Shown one piece after another: positions 37,978 through 47,755 of a stretch of DNA of 62,279 nucleotides. The notes beneath the pieces were generated by a model. It was not told the DNA's origin. It saw only the letters and a program-made list of their open reading frames with translations, and did no database searches. The DNA is from a virus (taxonomy: Duplodnaviria > Caudoviricetes). The DNA is taken from the IMG/VR virus record IMGVR_UViG_3300025828_000024, positions 1 through 62,279 of that record. One strand, 5' to 3'. Numbering within the stretch: position 1 is the stretch's first letter; each line of letters opens with the position of its first letter. A program made the position numbers and the translations under genes.

Positions 37978-39759
37978 GTGCAGATCGAACAACAAGTTCG
38001 TGGCGAGGCGTACAGATTAGGGCAAGGTCAACACAAGATCAAATGTCCAAGCTGTTCCCCAAGCCGCAAAAACAAAACCGACAGAACGCTCTCTCTAAAA
38101 ATTGAACAAGACAAAATACTGTTTCAGTGTTGGCACTGCAATCAGCAGGGGATTGTTCCGTTGGTAGAGCGAGTAGAAAAAATAAACAAAGTGGAAACAA
38201 TGTCCGTAGCAAAAAAAATAGACAAGACCTCACTTACTGAGGCGGCACTGGCGTGGCTGAAGAGCCGTGGCATAAGTGCAGAAACAGCAGAGAAAGCAAA
38301 CCTTCAGTCATCCGTCACATGGTTCCAATCGGTGGGACATGAGACACCAAGCATCTTATTCCCATATCAAAATCATGAGGGTCAAGAGTACGCGCAGAAG
38401 ATACGATCAATCGATAGCAAAGCGTTCATCTGCAATGGCGCACCCCAGACTTTCTTCAACCTAAAGAACGTGCAACGTGACGATGATCTCATCATTTGCG
38501 AGGGAGAAATGGATGCGCTTGCATTCATGGAGACAGGTTACGAAAGCGTTGTATCAATACCAAATGGGGCGGTCATAAAGGTTGTCGATGGTAACATCGA
38601 TCCGAAAGAAGATAATAAATTCAAGTTCTTATGGGCAGCAAAGAATAAGATCGATGCCGCTCGTCGTATCATCATCGCTATGGATGCAGACCCTGCGGGT
38701 CAAGCAACAGCGGAAGAGATCGCTCGTCGTATCGGAAAGGATCGATGCTTCAAGGTTGAGTATCCAGAGGGGTGCAAGGATTGCAATGATGTACTCCTGA
38801 AACTGGGAAAGGATGGTGTTGATGATGTAGTGGTGGGCGCAAAGCCGTGGCCTGTCGCAGGGCTTTACGATGCCTCACATTTCTATGACCAGATCGATGA
38901 CATCTATGAGAGGGGCATGGGCCGTGGCGAAAGCACTGGTTACGAGAACGTGGATGATTTATACACTGTTGTCACTGGTCAGCTTACCGTTGTCACTGGG
39001 CATCCATCATCTGGTAAGTCAGAATTCATTGACCAGATCATGGTGAACATGGCGCAAGAGAAGGGGTGGAAGTTTGCCATCTGTTCTTTCGAGAATGAAC
39101 CTCGTTTGCACATTGCCAAGTTGATCAGCAAGTATATCCGTAAACCATTCTTTGAAGGTGCAATGGATCGGATAACGCCAGACGAGCTGACGCGGGGTAA
39201 GGAATTTGTTCAATCGCACTTTTCTTTCTTGTACCAAGCTGATGGTTCCATGTCTTCAGTCGATAGCATCATCGAAAGATTGAAGGTTGCGGTCATGCGG
39301 CACGGTGTCAGAGGTGCCATCATTGACCCATACAATTACATTCAGAAGGGCCGTGATGTCAGCGAGACTGACTGGGTATCTGATGTACTAACACGGCTCC
39401 GCGTGTTCGCTCAGGCGCATGGCATTCACCTCTGGTTTGTCGCCCACCCAACAAAGATGATGCGTGACCAGACAGGCAAGGTTCCCGCCCCTAAAGGCTA
39501 TGACATCTCAGGCAGTGCTGCTTGGTTTGCGAAAGCTGATGTTGGCTTGACAGTTCACAGACCTGACCCATCTCACTCACGCGTATCAGAGATACACATA
39601 TGGAAGTGTCGTTTCTCGTGGGTTGGGAAGCAAGGGGATACAGAGCTTGAGTTTGACGTTCCTACATCTACATACAGGAAATACATACCAGACCCCATAC
39701 TTGATGCGCCAACACCATACTCAGAAGTGGATATAGATTTTGACAGTATCTTCCCATAA
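37978..39759 (+). CDS. DNA primase-helicase (T7 gp4/Twinkle-like)
   Basis: CPSC...CWHC zinc domain; TOPRIM EGEMD, DAD, KDCND; Walker A GHPSSGKS; VAHPTK. Confidence 0.95.
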   Translation: MQIEQQVRGEAYRLGQGQHKIKCPSCSPSRKNKTDRTLSLKIEQDKILFQCWHCNQQGIVPLVERVEKINKVETMSVAKKIDKTSLTEAALAWLKSRGISAETAEKANLQSSVTWFQSVGHETPSILFPYQNHEGQEYAQKIRSIDSKAFICNGAPQTFFNLKNVQRDDDLIICEGEMDALAFMETGYESVVSIPNGAVIKVVDGNIDPKEDNKFKFLWAAKNKIDAARRIIIAMDADPAGQATAEEIARRIGKDRCFKVEYPEGCKDCNDVLLKLGKDGVDDVVVGAKPWPVAGLYDASHFYDQIDDIYERGMGRGESTGYENVDDLYTVVTGQLTVVTGHPSSGKSEFIDQIMVNMAQEKGWKFAICSFENEPRLHIAKLISKYIRKPFFEGAMDRITPDELTRGKEFVQSHFSFLYQADGSMSSVDSIIERLKVAVMRHGVRGAIIDPYNYIQKGRDVSETDWVSDVLTRLRVFAQAHGIHLWFVAHPTKMMRDQTGKVPAPKGYDISGSAAWFAKADVGLTVHRPDPSHSRVSEIHIWKCRFSWVGKQGDTELEFDVPTSTYRKYIPDPILDAPTPYSEVDIDFDSIFP

Positions 39760-39907
39760 CAAGTTCTTGATTGTTAGGCAGGGAGAAAATGGACCCACTG
39801 TACATGTCTTTGTCGATGGCAAAGAGGTTGCAGTCATTGATCTTAACTCTAGACAAACACTGCGACTAATAGGCAACTTAGCAGATAACATGTTTGAATC
39901 GGTTTGA
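39740..39907 (+). CDS. Small hypothetical protein (55 aa, TTG start)
   Basis: Hand-translated ORF MTVSSHNK...MFESV. Confidence 0.4.
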   Translation: MTVSSHNKFLIVRQGENGPTVHVFVDGKEVAVIDLNSRQTLRLIGNLADNMFESV

Positions 39908-39932
39908 CGTATGCAGAACTGCATGCTAGGTC
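39904..39932 (+). promoter_or_regulatory. Sigma70-like promoter
   Basis: TTGACG-17-TAGGTC with extended TG. Confidence 0.5.
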
Positions 39933-39938
39933 TTGTGT

Positions 39939-40018
39939 CAGGATATTGTTCACAGCCCTACATGTAGGGTGACATCCTCTCCACTCTATACTGGGCCACC
40001 TTCGGGTGGTCCTTTTTT
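39939..40018 (+). ncRNA. Candidate small regulatory RNA
   Basis: Promoter, 5' hairpin, unpaired CTCCACTCTATACT, terminator. Confidence 0.5.
39993..40018 (+). terminator. Rho-independent terminator
   Basis: GGGCCACC-TTCG-GGTGGTCC-T6. Confidence 0.9.
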
Positions 40019-40020
40019 AT

Positions 40021-40071
40021 AAAAAAGACAGGGAGAGCAACATGTAGTGTGGTGACTGCTCTATCCCTGTC
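40021..40071 (-). terminator. Probable terminator of the leftward early operon
   Basis: Imperfect GACAGGGA...TCCCTGTC stem followed by U6 on the minus strand. Confidence 0.5.
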
Positions 40072-40118
40072 AGTTGAACATTAGTGCGCGAGGCAAACAT
40101 GGGCGAAATGTAAACGCA

Positions 40119-40331
40119 CTAATGCATGGGTGATCCTTTTATTATATCATCTTCACTGAGATTTTCTATGGCCTCATTTATAACGACAGCCATAACTGGG
40201 AAATCGTCATGCATGTTGTAGGCCATAAGAATGTTTATGATTAAGTCACACATTTGAATCCGACATGCAGTCGGTGGCAAAGAGGAAATAACCTTTGATA
40301 TTTGCTCGTGTGTTAACTCTTTTACATCCAT
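40119..40331 (-). CDS. Hypothetical protein
   Basis: TAATG coupling. Confidence 0.6.
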   Translation of the reverse strand: MDVKELTHEQISKVISSLPPTACRIQMCDLIINILMAYNMHDDFPVMAVVINEAIENLSEDDIIKGSPMH

Positions 40332-41086
40332 TAGAAATCCACCAACTCTTTAGTTACAGTATCCTTGATGCGTCTTGTAATCAAGCTCTCACATTTAGAG
40401 AACTCAGTTTGGATAGCAGTCACTGGATCGCCAGAGGTTTCGTATTTCATAACCCAAGCGTTGTCGAACTCAGCCTCTTTGTTCTTGACCTTGAGTGCTA
40501 CAACTGAGAACGCGCGGATGCCTATGTCATTGAGGCGATCTAGCTTCCTCTCTTGAGCATCCATGATGAAGCGCATGCCATCACCCGCCTTGACGTTGTC
40601 GATGCCCTGATCGTAAACGCGCTTACCCCAAGTAACAGGGATGCCAACCTCATAGTTCACGCGCCATACGTTAGGCAATCTCTCGCAGTACATTGAGCCA
40701 GTAGTATACGGCGTGACTTCCCAACTGATAGATGGGAACGCATCGTTCAAAGAGGATACACCATTTATCTTGGTGGCTTCCTTGGCTCTTTCGATAACAG
40801 TTTGCAGTGGTGGCACAGCTTTTCGTATCGCACGTAGTTCATGTATTCTCTTCAGTAGATGAGAGCCATATCGTTGAGCATGGCCTACGTCCTCATCTGG
40901 TAGGCTCCTGAATAACTTTGGTGCAGTGTCGTAATCAAATGCTTTCCACCCATATTGCGATGGACTTAAAGCGATGTCCTTTTTGTTGTCGTTTGAGAAT
41001 TCATAAGCCTCAAAATACTTTTCAATCGCATTTGATAGGTGACGTATCGCGTGATAATTATTGATATCTGGATTGTTGCTTTTCAT
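40331..41086 (-). CDS. Hypothetical early protein
   Basis: AGGAG RBS; 251 aa. Confidence 0.75.
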   Translation of the reverse strand: MKSNNPDINNYHAIRHLSNAIEKYFEAYEFSNDNKKDIALSPSQYGWKAFDYDTAPKLFRSLPDEDVGHAQRYGSHLLKRIHELRAIRKAVPPLQTVIERAKEATKINGVSSLNDAFPSISWEVTPYTTGSMYCERLPNVWRVNYEVGIPVTWGKRVYDQGIDNVKAGDGMRFIMDAQERKLDRLNDIGIRAFSVVALKVKNKEAEFDNAWVMKYETSGDPVTAIQTEFSKCESLITRRIKDTVTKELVDF

Positions 41087-41115
41087 CTTTCCACTCCTTT
41101 TGTTCTATTGAACTT

Positions 41116-41289
41116 TTATATGTTAACACCCTGATCTCGTAGCTCAGAGATGTATTCCTTTAGCGCAAGTCGCGCCCTCCAAAGATCGTGTTGCACATTG
41201 GGATGATAGTTCTTTCTGTTGGCCTCATCCTCATGCTTGCTGACCTCACCCTTCAGAAATCTGATGGTTGCTTTCTGTTCTTCATTCAT
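41116..41289 (-). CDS. Small hypothetical protein (57 aa)
   Basis: Hand-translated ORF filling the operon gap. Confidence 0.55.
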   Translation of the reverse strand: MNEEQKATIRFLKGEVSKHEDEANRKNYHPNVQHDLWRARLALKEYISELRDQGVNI

Positions 41290-41506
41290 TGGTTGGCCTC
41301 AGCATTGGTCTAATTGATTGGGACATGATACCTGTTTCTAGGCACCACATGTTCACGTCACCATCTGCATAGAAGTATTGGTCCATATCTTCGTTGTCGC
41401 GGATGGCTATCTGACAAGCCTCGTGGCTTGGCAGTATCAGGTAGGTCTGGATGTCCCTGCCTTTGATTGTGTACTCTATGTAGAGAGTAAAGAAATACTC
41501 TATCAC
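41282..41506 (-). CDS. Hypothetical protein
   Basis: GTGA overlap; GAGG RBS. Confidence 0.65.
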   Translation of the reverse strand: MIEYFFTLYIEYTIKGRDIQTYLILPSHEACQIAIRDNEDMDQYFYADGDVNMWCLETGIMSQSIRPMLRPTNE

Positions 41507-41757
41507 AAAAAACCTCTTCTTTTTCTAGCCTCTTCTAATGTCTCCCCATATCTAGGGCGACCCGATTTTCCTTTCGCGTTCGCTTGACCTTTTTTTGGAT
41601 CACGAAACATGGGGTTAACTTTATGATTTTCACTACGCACTAGGTCACCCCAACACTGTGCGTATGCTTGCTCGTATGGTATCCCTAATTGTAGTAGGGC
41701 TTTCAGTTCCTGTATGTTCATTGACGCTCCCTCAAAATGGTGGCTCTTCATCTCCAC
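41503..41757 (-). CDS. Hypothetical protein (start uncertain)
   Basis: ORF in the operon. Confidence 0.5.
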   Translation of the reverse strand: MEMKSHHFEGASMNIQELKALLQLGIPYEQAYAQCWGDLVRSENHKVNPMFRDPKKGQANAKGKSGRPRYGETLEEARKRRGFL

Positions 41758-41828
41758 TTGGTTTCCATACGATATCGTACTGGAACATGGCTAAAAGAAA
41801 ACCCCGCAGATCGCAGGGCCAAGCATCT

Positions 41829-42089
41829 TTAATCATTGTACACGCCAAGTTTGCGCATCCAGTTCTTAGCCATCATGTAGTTAGATAGCCTCAACATCTT
41901 GGCTATCTTTGTGTAGCTTGGACCATGAACTCTCTTAGCATGTATCAAGTATGCACGAGCGACATCGTCCATGTGCTTACGAACATTCATGTCATCACGC
42001 AGTTGTATTTCAGGGCGGCGAGCCGTAGCCCTGCCCTGATCCGCATCCACTGACACGTCTTGTCCATTGATGATTATCTTTATCTCCAT
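41829..42089 (-). CDS. Fis-like HTH protein
   Basis: YLIHA...SYTKIAKMLRL...W. Confidence 0.65.
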   Translation of the reverse strand: MEIKIIINGQDVSVDADQGRATARRPEIQLRDDMNVRKHMDDVARAYLIHAKRVHGPSYTKIAKMLRLSNYMMAKNWMRKLGVYND

Positions 42090-42098
42090 CTCTCACTC

Positions 42099-43223
42099 CT
42101 ATGTTTCTAGATATGTTGTCTGACCAAACGGTGCGGGGTTGGCGTTAGCCCATGATGAAATCCATAGCACTGGGTAGTGCGGTTCATCTGGGTAATCGTT
42201 GATGCCCAAGTCAGTAAACACGACCATGTTATCCACGTTCAACTCGTTATCCTCAACGTATCTGAACGCAGGTGATACCAACGTGCAACCTCGACCACCG
42301 ACCTCAATCTTATCGACCTCGTCACCCTGTTCGTAACGGCGCACCGTCTGAACCTCAGCATCAAAGGTGATCACTGTGATCGACTGTGGTTTGATGTCTT
42401 GGCTGATCGCATTCAGTTCACCAAGGAAGAACGACATCTCACGGTTCGATACAGACCCGCTGCTATCACACAGGACAACAACGTCACCCGCACCCATCTT
42501 CAAGATCGATGGGGCCACGATACCGTTCGTGTGATACATCTTGCGCTGAGGTTTGCGCATGCTGTAATCATCTGGCTGATCGCCACCGATAAACCTACGC
42601 ATCACGTCACGCCAATCGACTTGGCTGCGCTTCATCTGTTCGATCAACTGCTTGATCTTGGCAGGTAGGTTGCCCACTGCCTTGGCACCAGTAGCAGCCA
42701 TCATGACCTTGCTATCGATGTCAGCTTCCATCTGCTGTTGTTCCGCAGGGGATAGTGCATTGCCGTTGCCATCAGTTGCATCGACAACCTCACCGACACC
42801 CGATGCCTGACCGTAGCGTTCCTTGGCATCCTCTGGCAGTCTGTCATAGATAGCCTCAGCCATCAGGCCGCTGTACTGTGGATCATGCAGACCGCCCTCT
42901 GGCAGGGTGAACCCCGCCTCAATCAGGATGTCGTTGATCGCAAAGTCACAGGCGATATTCCAAAGCTCTGGGTCACGCTCACCACGGCGCAGAGGGTGCT
43001 TGAATGTGACGTGGCAGACCTCGTGCGCCATGACACCGACAGTCTCTTCCTGATCAATCGTGTCAACGAATTCTGAATTCCACTTGATGAACTTGCCATC
43101 AGTACACATTGTGCTGACAGTCGGATCAGGCTCAACGCGCAGGGACAGGGCAATGGACCCAAAGAATGGGTGCTTCACCACAAGCCGCGTAATCGAACGC
43201 GACACTTTCATTTGTGCATCCAT
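42099..43223 (-). CDS. DUF2201-type metallopeptidase plus VWA domain protein
   Basis: TDG...HEVCH...WNIACD; MIDAS DSSGS...VFTD. Confidence 0.9.
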   Translation of the reverse strand: MDAQMKVSRSITRLVVKHPFFGSIALSLRVEPDPTVSTMCTDGKFIKWNSEFVDTIDQEETVGVMAHEVCHVTFKHPLRRGERDPELWNIACDFAINDILIEAGFTLPEGGLHDPQYSGLMAEAIYDRLPEDAKERYGQASGVGEVVDATDGNGNALSPAEQQQMEADIDSKVMMAATGAKAVGNLPAKIKQLIEQMKRSQVDWRDVMRRFIGGDQPDDYSMRKPQRKMYHTNGIVAPSILKMGAGDVVVLCDSSGSVSNREMSFFLGELNAISQDIKPQSITVITFDAEVQTVRRYEQGDEVDKIEVGGRGCTLVSPAFRYVEDNELNVDNMVVFTDLGINDYPDEPHYPVLWISSWANANPAPFGQTTYLET

Positions 43224-43429
43224 CAGGATATCTCCTCTATCACTTTCTCAATTGTATTTTCTTTGTTGAACACAGCCTTAAAGACTTGGTTCAGTGTGAT
43301 CTCAACGTCCAAGTAAATGTCACGCCCACAACTCTCGTTGATACAGGTCAGGGCAGACCACTCTAAGTGGCCCACCTTGAATAGGGTATGACAATATGGA
43401 CATGTAAATACATGCATATCTCTCTCCAA
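43223..43429 (-). CDS. Zn-ribbon protein
   Basis: CPYC...C...C. Confidence 0.6.
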   Translation of the reverse strand: MERDMHVFTCPYCHTLFKVGHLEWSALTCINESCGRDIYLDVEITLNQVFKAVFNKENTIEKVIEEIS

Positions 43430-43496
43430 AAAAGTTCAATAGAACAAAAAACATGGATAGTTGAAGGCCATCAACTATCCGCGTAAGTTATTGTTT

Positions 43497-44516
43497 TTAA
43501 AGGATCAGGTTCTTACCTGTCTTTATGATCCAATCGCGGATCGCTTGAGACTGCTTCAAGTCCTTGGTGCGATTGATCGCATCCTTAACGACGAAAGCAG
43601 CGAACTCTTGCTGAGGCAGACGCTCAAGGTAATTGATCACGTTGCCCACGTTCTTCTCGTTCACGCGGGAAGCAATGGCAGCACAGATCGCGTACAGTAC
43701 AGCGGGATCGCTTGGAACATCAGCACTCGCAGGGTTTGCGATTAGCTTGTCGATGTCTGGCACACTGTTGTACATCTTCAGGAACCCAGTGAAATCAGCA
43801 GTCGCAGCGCGACCAACCTGACCCGCGATAGCTTCCAGTTGGTTCACTGGATCAAGACCCCATGACATGATCGAACCAACGCGCTCCCATGAACGAGGCG
43901 ATGGGCATGCGTTCGCATCACGATCAAACTTGTGCAACCACTCAGGGCGGAACCGCAAGAACGCACAGATGCGCTCGTCGATACGCTTGCTGTAGTAGTA
44001 GGCGATGGTGTCTTCCAGATCGGCCTCAATCTCCAAGAACATCAGGCGATCCTTCAGGTGCGAGGGCATGTTGTTTGTACCCGCACGGTCAGACATGCGG
44101 TTACCCGCCGCAACGATCACCCAACCCTGTGGCAGATGGTGCGGACCAACACGGCGTTCGTTGACGATCTGAGCCGCGATGTTCTGGTTGGCAACTGGTG
44201 CCTGTGGAAGCTCGTCGAGGAACAGGATGCCCTCACCCTCAGTCGGCATCCAGTCAGGACGCATGCGGACCATTGTCTCACCATCAGGTGATGGGACAGG
44301 CCAACCGCCAAGCTCACCCGCATCGTACTGTGCCAATGACAGTATCTCGCAGCCGATACCTCGACGATCCGCGATATCCTTGACCGTAGTGGTCTTACCT
44401 ATACCCGCGCCAGACACGAGGTATGGCACAACGTATTGGGCATCGCGTCCCTGCTTCAGGTTAAAGGCAAAGTCGATAGCTGCCTCAGTGATTGATTGCG
44501 CTTGTGATAGCTTCAT
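43497..44516 (-). CDS. MoxR-like AAA+ ATPase
   Basis: GAGIGKT, LFLDE, AAGN, DR, SPRSW. Confidence 0.92.
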   Translation of the reverse strand: MKLSQAQSITEAAIDFAFNLKQGRDAQYVVPYLVSGAGIGKTTTVKDIADRRGIGCEILSLAQYDAGELGGWPVPSPDGETMVRMRPDWMPTEGEGILFLDELPQAPVANQNIAAQIVNERRVGPHHLPQGWVIVAAGNRMSDRAGTNNMPSHLKDRLMFLEIEADLEDTIAYYYSKRIDERICAFLRFRPEWLHKFDRDANACPSPRSWERVGSIMSWGLDPVNQLEAIAGQVGRAATADFTGFLKMYNSVPDIDKLIANPASADVPSDPAVLYAICAAIASRVNEKNVGNVINYLERLPQQEFAAFVVKDAINRTKDLKQSQAIRDWIIKTGKNLIL

Positions 44517-44758
44517 GATTGATCTCCACTCTCTCTATAATTGATCACAAATTTTAGGTTCTCTATCCGCACTGAGGCATCCTCAATGTGGACCTTGTCA
44601 GACTTCAGATAGTGACGTTGATAGTTCATCACCGCCCTGTCGTGTTTGTCTCGTGCCTTGGCAAGCTCATCCTTGAGCCTGTCCATGCTGTAGTCGGCGT
44701 ACTGTTGGATCAGTCGCTCGTTCGATTGTTTGATGTATTCTTCAAGGTCAGTTTGCAT
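44513..44758 (-). CDS. Hypothetical coiled-coil protein
   Basis: GAGG RBS; ATGA overlap with the ATPase. Confidence 0.65.
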   Translation of the reverse strand: MQTDLEEYIKQSNERLIQQYADYSMDRLKDELAKARDKHDRAVMNYQRHYLKSDKVHIEDASVRIENLKFVINYRESGDQS

Positions 44759-44759
44759 A

Positions 44760-44990
44760 TCAGTCCTCTGTTTCTGAAAGATCAGGGCATGTGCCATCCT
44801 CACAGGCTTGGCACCAATCTTCCCCGATCAATTGCTTTGGATCACTGTATACTTCAAGCACCGTACCATCGATGCCACCGACCAAAGCCATCGCTTCTTT
44901 CAGGCCAAGCTGTTCGGCCTCATCAATCGTTGTCGCTTCCACCGTCACATGACGTATCGTCTGGACTTTCACTCCCACCATGTAAATCAT
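44760..44990 (-). CDS. Hypothetical protein (start uncertain)
   Basis: VTVEATTIDEAE motif; CxxC...CP. Confidence 0.5.
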   Translation of the reverse strand: MIYMVGVKVQTIRHVTVEATTIDEAEQLGLKEAMALVGGIDGTVLEVYSDPKQLIGEDWCQACEDGTCPDLSETED

Positions 44991-45105
44991 CCACTGGCTC
45001 CTTCTGGTAAATGGGTTCGCCGTTGGATATCTTGCGAACCAGTTCATCGAATTCATTTTGGGTGAAGCCCCCAAAGATAGAGGCTTGGCTGTTCTTACTC
45101 ATCAC
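44923..45105 (-). CDS. Hypothetical protein
   Basis: Overlaps the upstream stop, but also overlaps the next ORF. Confidence 0.4.
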   Translation of the reverse strand: MMSKNSQASIFGGFTQNEFDELVRKISNGEPIYQKEPVDDLHGGSESPDDTSCDGGSDND

Positions 45106-45647
45106 AACCCCCAGTTACTTGCGCAGATCGGGCCAATGCCCATCTCAATCGACACAGGGTCAGTCAACTCACGTCCGCAGCATGAGCAGCGTCCAGTGAC
45201 CTTACCGTGCTGCACTGCCTCACCCCTTGGGTCAGACGCTACCCGCACTACAGCGTCCGCTGTGGCTGTATGACAGGTGCCTACAGGCATGAACTTACCT
45301 TCCATGATCTTGCCCTGATAGTCAGGACCACGCTTGACGTACACGGCACCGCCATTACGCCCATTCATAGGGGCCAACGAGAATGCCAACTCAGCCGCGC
45401 GGAAGACAGGCTTCTTGACCTTGGCTGTTTCGAGCAAGGTCTTGATCCGCGAGACATCGACATCCCGCGTCAATGTTTCACGGCGTTCAGCTTTGTTCTT
45501 GATCTTGGTGATCGTGCGCTCCGCTGCGTCCCATTGCTTCTCCGACAGATCACCCTTGGTGACGTACTGGACAATCAGGGAAGCCGCAAAGTTATTCCAT
45601 GTGCGCATCCCGCCAAGCTCTTGTAAGATTTCTTCACGTTCCATCAT
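45102..45647 (-). CDS. DUF6011-like Zn-finger protein
   Basis: CSCCGRELTDPVSIEMGIGPIC. Confidence 0.85.
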   Translation of the reverse strand: MMEREEILQELGGMRTWNNFAASLIVQYVTKGDLSEKQWDAAERTITKIKNKAERRETLTRDVDVSRIKTLLETAKVKKPVFRAAELAFSLAPMNGRNGGAVYVKRGPDYQGKIMEGKFMPVGTCHTATADAVVRVASDPRGEAVQHGKVTGRCSCCGRELTDPVSIEMGIGPICASNWGL

Positions 45648-45913
45648 ACTCTCCCAAGTTCACGAATAAATGCATCGCCATTGTGATACTGTTCGACCAG
45701 TTCGAACTCCTCACCCTTTGCCTGTAAGGCATTGAGGAAGAGGGGCATGTCGCAGTCTTCTTCAAGGTACAGTGTCGGCACGTACTTGTCAGTGACCTGA
45801 GCGTAGCTGAAACGGCTGACCTGAGACATGTGCAGCCCCGCGTTGAGCAGATCACGGTACGGCACTTCTAGCCAACCATGACCCGCGTCAGTGTGATATG
45901 TGTATTTAGTCAT
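45644..45913 (-). CDS. Conserved phage hypothetical protein
   Basis: TDAGHGWL.V...S.FSY...YLEEDCD. Confidence 0.8.
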   Translation of the reverse strand: MTKYTYHTDAGHGWLEVPYRDLLNAGLHMSQVSRFSYAQVTDKYVPTLYLEEDCDMPLFLNALQAKGEEFELVEQYHNGDAFIRELGRV

Positions 45914-46080
45914 TGTTCATCCTTTCCCCATATTAAAACTTTCCCGATAACCTTTGACCGTATGCTTTTGTCCCCAAGGATTTCTTTGACGAAATATTCC
46001 TCAAGGTCTTCAAAGGTTTCGAATTCATACCGCGAGTAAAACTTGCCCCGCGCTTCTATCTGATCGGTTTTGATATACAT
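45910..46080 (-). CDS. Small hypothetical protein (56 aa)
   Basis: GGAG RBS; ATGA overlap. Confidence 0.55.
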   Translation of the reverse strand: MYIKTDQIEARGKFYSRYEFETFEDLEEYFVKEILGDKSIRSKVIGKVLIWGKDEQ

Positions 46081-46247
46081 TCTTCACTCCATAAAAAGTT
46101 CAAATGAACTTTGTGCAGCAGCCCATCTCAGGGCTACCAACAAAATTCACCATGCGAGCATGAAAATCAGCAGCCCTACAGTGAAGGCCGTGAAGGCGAT
46201 CCCAGAAACAAACGCTTCTAGGATCAAGAGAAAGCGGTCACGCTTAT

Positions 46248-46943
46248 TCATGACGCAATACCAAGCTCGTCGAGCATCGCCACAACGGCAGCATCGACAG
46301 TGTCGTTCTCGTTTTCTGCCTCAGCGGCAGCGGCCTTAGCAGCCTCAGTGTCACGGTACGCTTTCCGCGCAGCCATCAACTCACGCATCGCGTTCTGGAA
46401 CTCGTCCAGTTCGTCATCATCAAGGCCATCCTTGAAGACATCGCCCTGCACCTGCTTGCCGTTCTCATCCTTCTTGGTAGAGAACTTGCCGACAACTTGC
46501 TCTGCGAGGCGTTGAGCTTTTGACTTGTCGCTCTCACCCTTGACCGCCTTGGCAAGTTTGTTCTCGCTATCGATCTCCATCGCAGCAAGGTCACGCACAA
46601 TGGCATCGCCAGTGTACTGGCTTGGGATGTCACCGATCTTTTCTTTGATCAGGCGCACGGCACCCACAGAATTCTCGACGTACCGCTTGACGGTGGCCTC
46701 TTTCAGACCCGCCTCTTCAAGCAGCGCAGCGCGTAGCTTCTTAGACACGGCACGAGGTAGGTTGCCCTTGACCAGTTTGACGTGGGCGATTGAGGCGATC
46801 ACCTCGCCATAGGCACCCATCTTCTCAGCGTTAGCCGCCTCGTTGTTGGTGCGGTTCTGACCCTTGAGGTCAGCAATGTTTTGCTCCGCTTTGTAAACAA
46901 CATTGATCGAAGCATCTGAAACAATAAAATCTTTAGCAGTCAT
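46248..46943 (-). CDS. Hypothetical early protein
   Basis: Likely start MTAKDF; Ala/Lys/Glu-rich. Confidence 0.75.
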   Translation of the reverse strand: MTAKDFIVSDASINVVYKAEQNIADLKGQNRTNNEAANAEKMGAYGEVIASIAHVKLVKGNLPRAVSKKLRAALLEEAGLKEATVKRYVENSVGAVRLIKEKIGDIPSQYTGDAIVRDLAAMEIDSENKLAKAVKGESDKSKAQRLAEQVVGKFSTKKDENGKQVQGDVFKDGLDDDELDEFQNAMRELMAARKAYRDTEAAKAAAAEAENENDTVDAAVVAMLDELGIAS

Positions 46944-47010
46944 CTGTTCATCCTTTTCTGGCTGACTGTTATTGGGAAAGTGTGGCCCGATAAGGCCACA
47001 GTGAAGGGGC

Positions 47011-47325
47011 TTACGCAGCGCGTTGGATGTCGAGGGTGTTTTTGATTTCACGGCCTAGCTCTTTGACCTTCATTGCCATTGCACTAACGTGGAAGATGTC
47101 GTCTTCATTAAATGCGCCATGCAAATTCTCGTCGTGCAAGAAATCGTCAGTGCGGTAGCGGTACGCATCGCCGTTTGGATCGACATACTCATATGTCCAC
47201 TGGAAAGCAGTGTCGCTATCAGAGCGAATGATTAGGACGTGATCGCCGCCATCACCAGAACAGGTGATTTCGATGGTGATGCCAACGCGGGTGATTGAGC
47301 GGAATACAGTTTTGATAGAAGCCAT
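47011..47325 (-). CDS. Hypothetical early protein
   Basis: GAGGAG RBS. Confidence 0.7.
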   Translation of the reverse strand: MASIKTVFRSITRVGITIEITCSGDGGDHVLIIRSDSDTAFQWTYEYVDPNGDAYRYRTDDFLHDENLHGAFNEDDIFHVSAMAMKVKELGREIKNTLDIQRAA

Positions 47326-47391
47326 GATTTATCTCCTCTCATGGTGGGGGTGGAACTAACATCACCGCCCCTTGGGGCGGCAAACTTAGTT

Positions 47392-47607
47392 TCACGCAGC
47401 GATTGGTTGGTGGTAGCCAGTGACATCATTGACCACATTCAGGTAGACATCTAGGTAGTCATCGTCGGTTAGCGTGTAGCATTCCTTGATGTATTTACGG
47501 ATGCTAGAGCGCATTGCGATGCGATAGCTTTCCGCCTCATATGCATTGACCTTGGCAAAGCGGCGGGCCATTCCATAGTAGGCGACTGCGTTTTTATAAT
47601 GGCACAT
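47392..47607 (-). CDS. Hypothetical early protein, similar to 47756..47955
   Basis: AGGAG RBS; shares HxxNAxAxYxM...YEAESY. Confidence 0.65.
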   Translation of the reverse strand: MCHYKNAVAYYGMARRFAKVNAYEAESYRIAMRSSIRKYIKECYTLTDDDYLDVYLNVVNDVTGYHQPIAA

Positions 47608-47755
47608 AACTGGTCTCCTTATGCGATTGCGTTTTTGATGGATACGATGAGTGCCGCTGCGTCCATTGCGACTGCGGCGTAATTGCCTTCTGAAATTGAA
47701 AGGCAGAACGATGCGAAAGCGTCCATTGCTGTAACGGCTGCATCCGCATCCTTGA

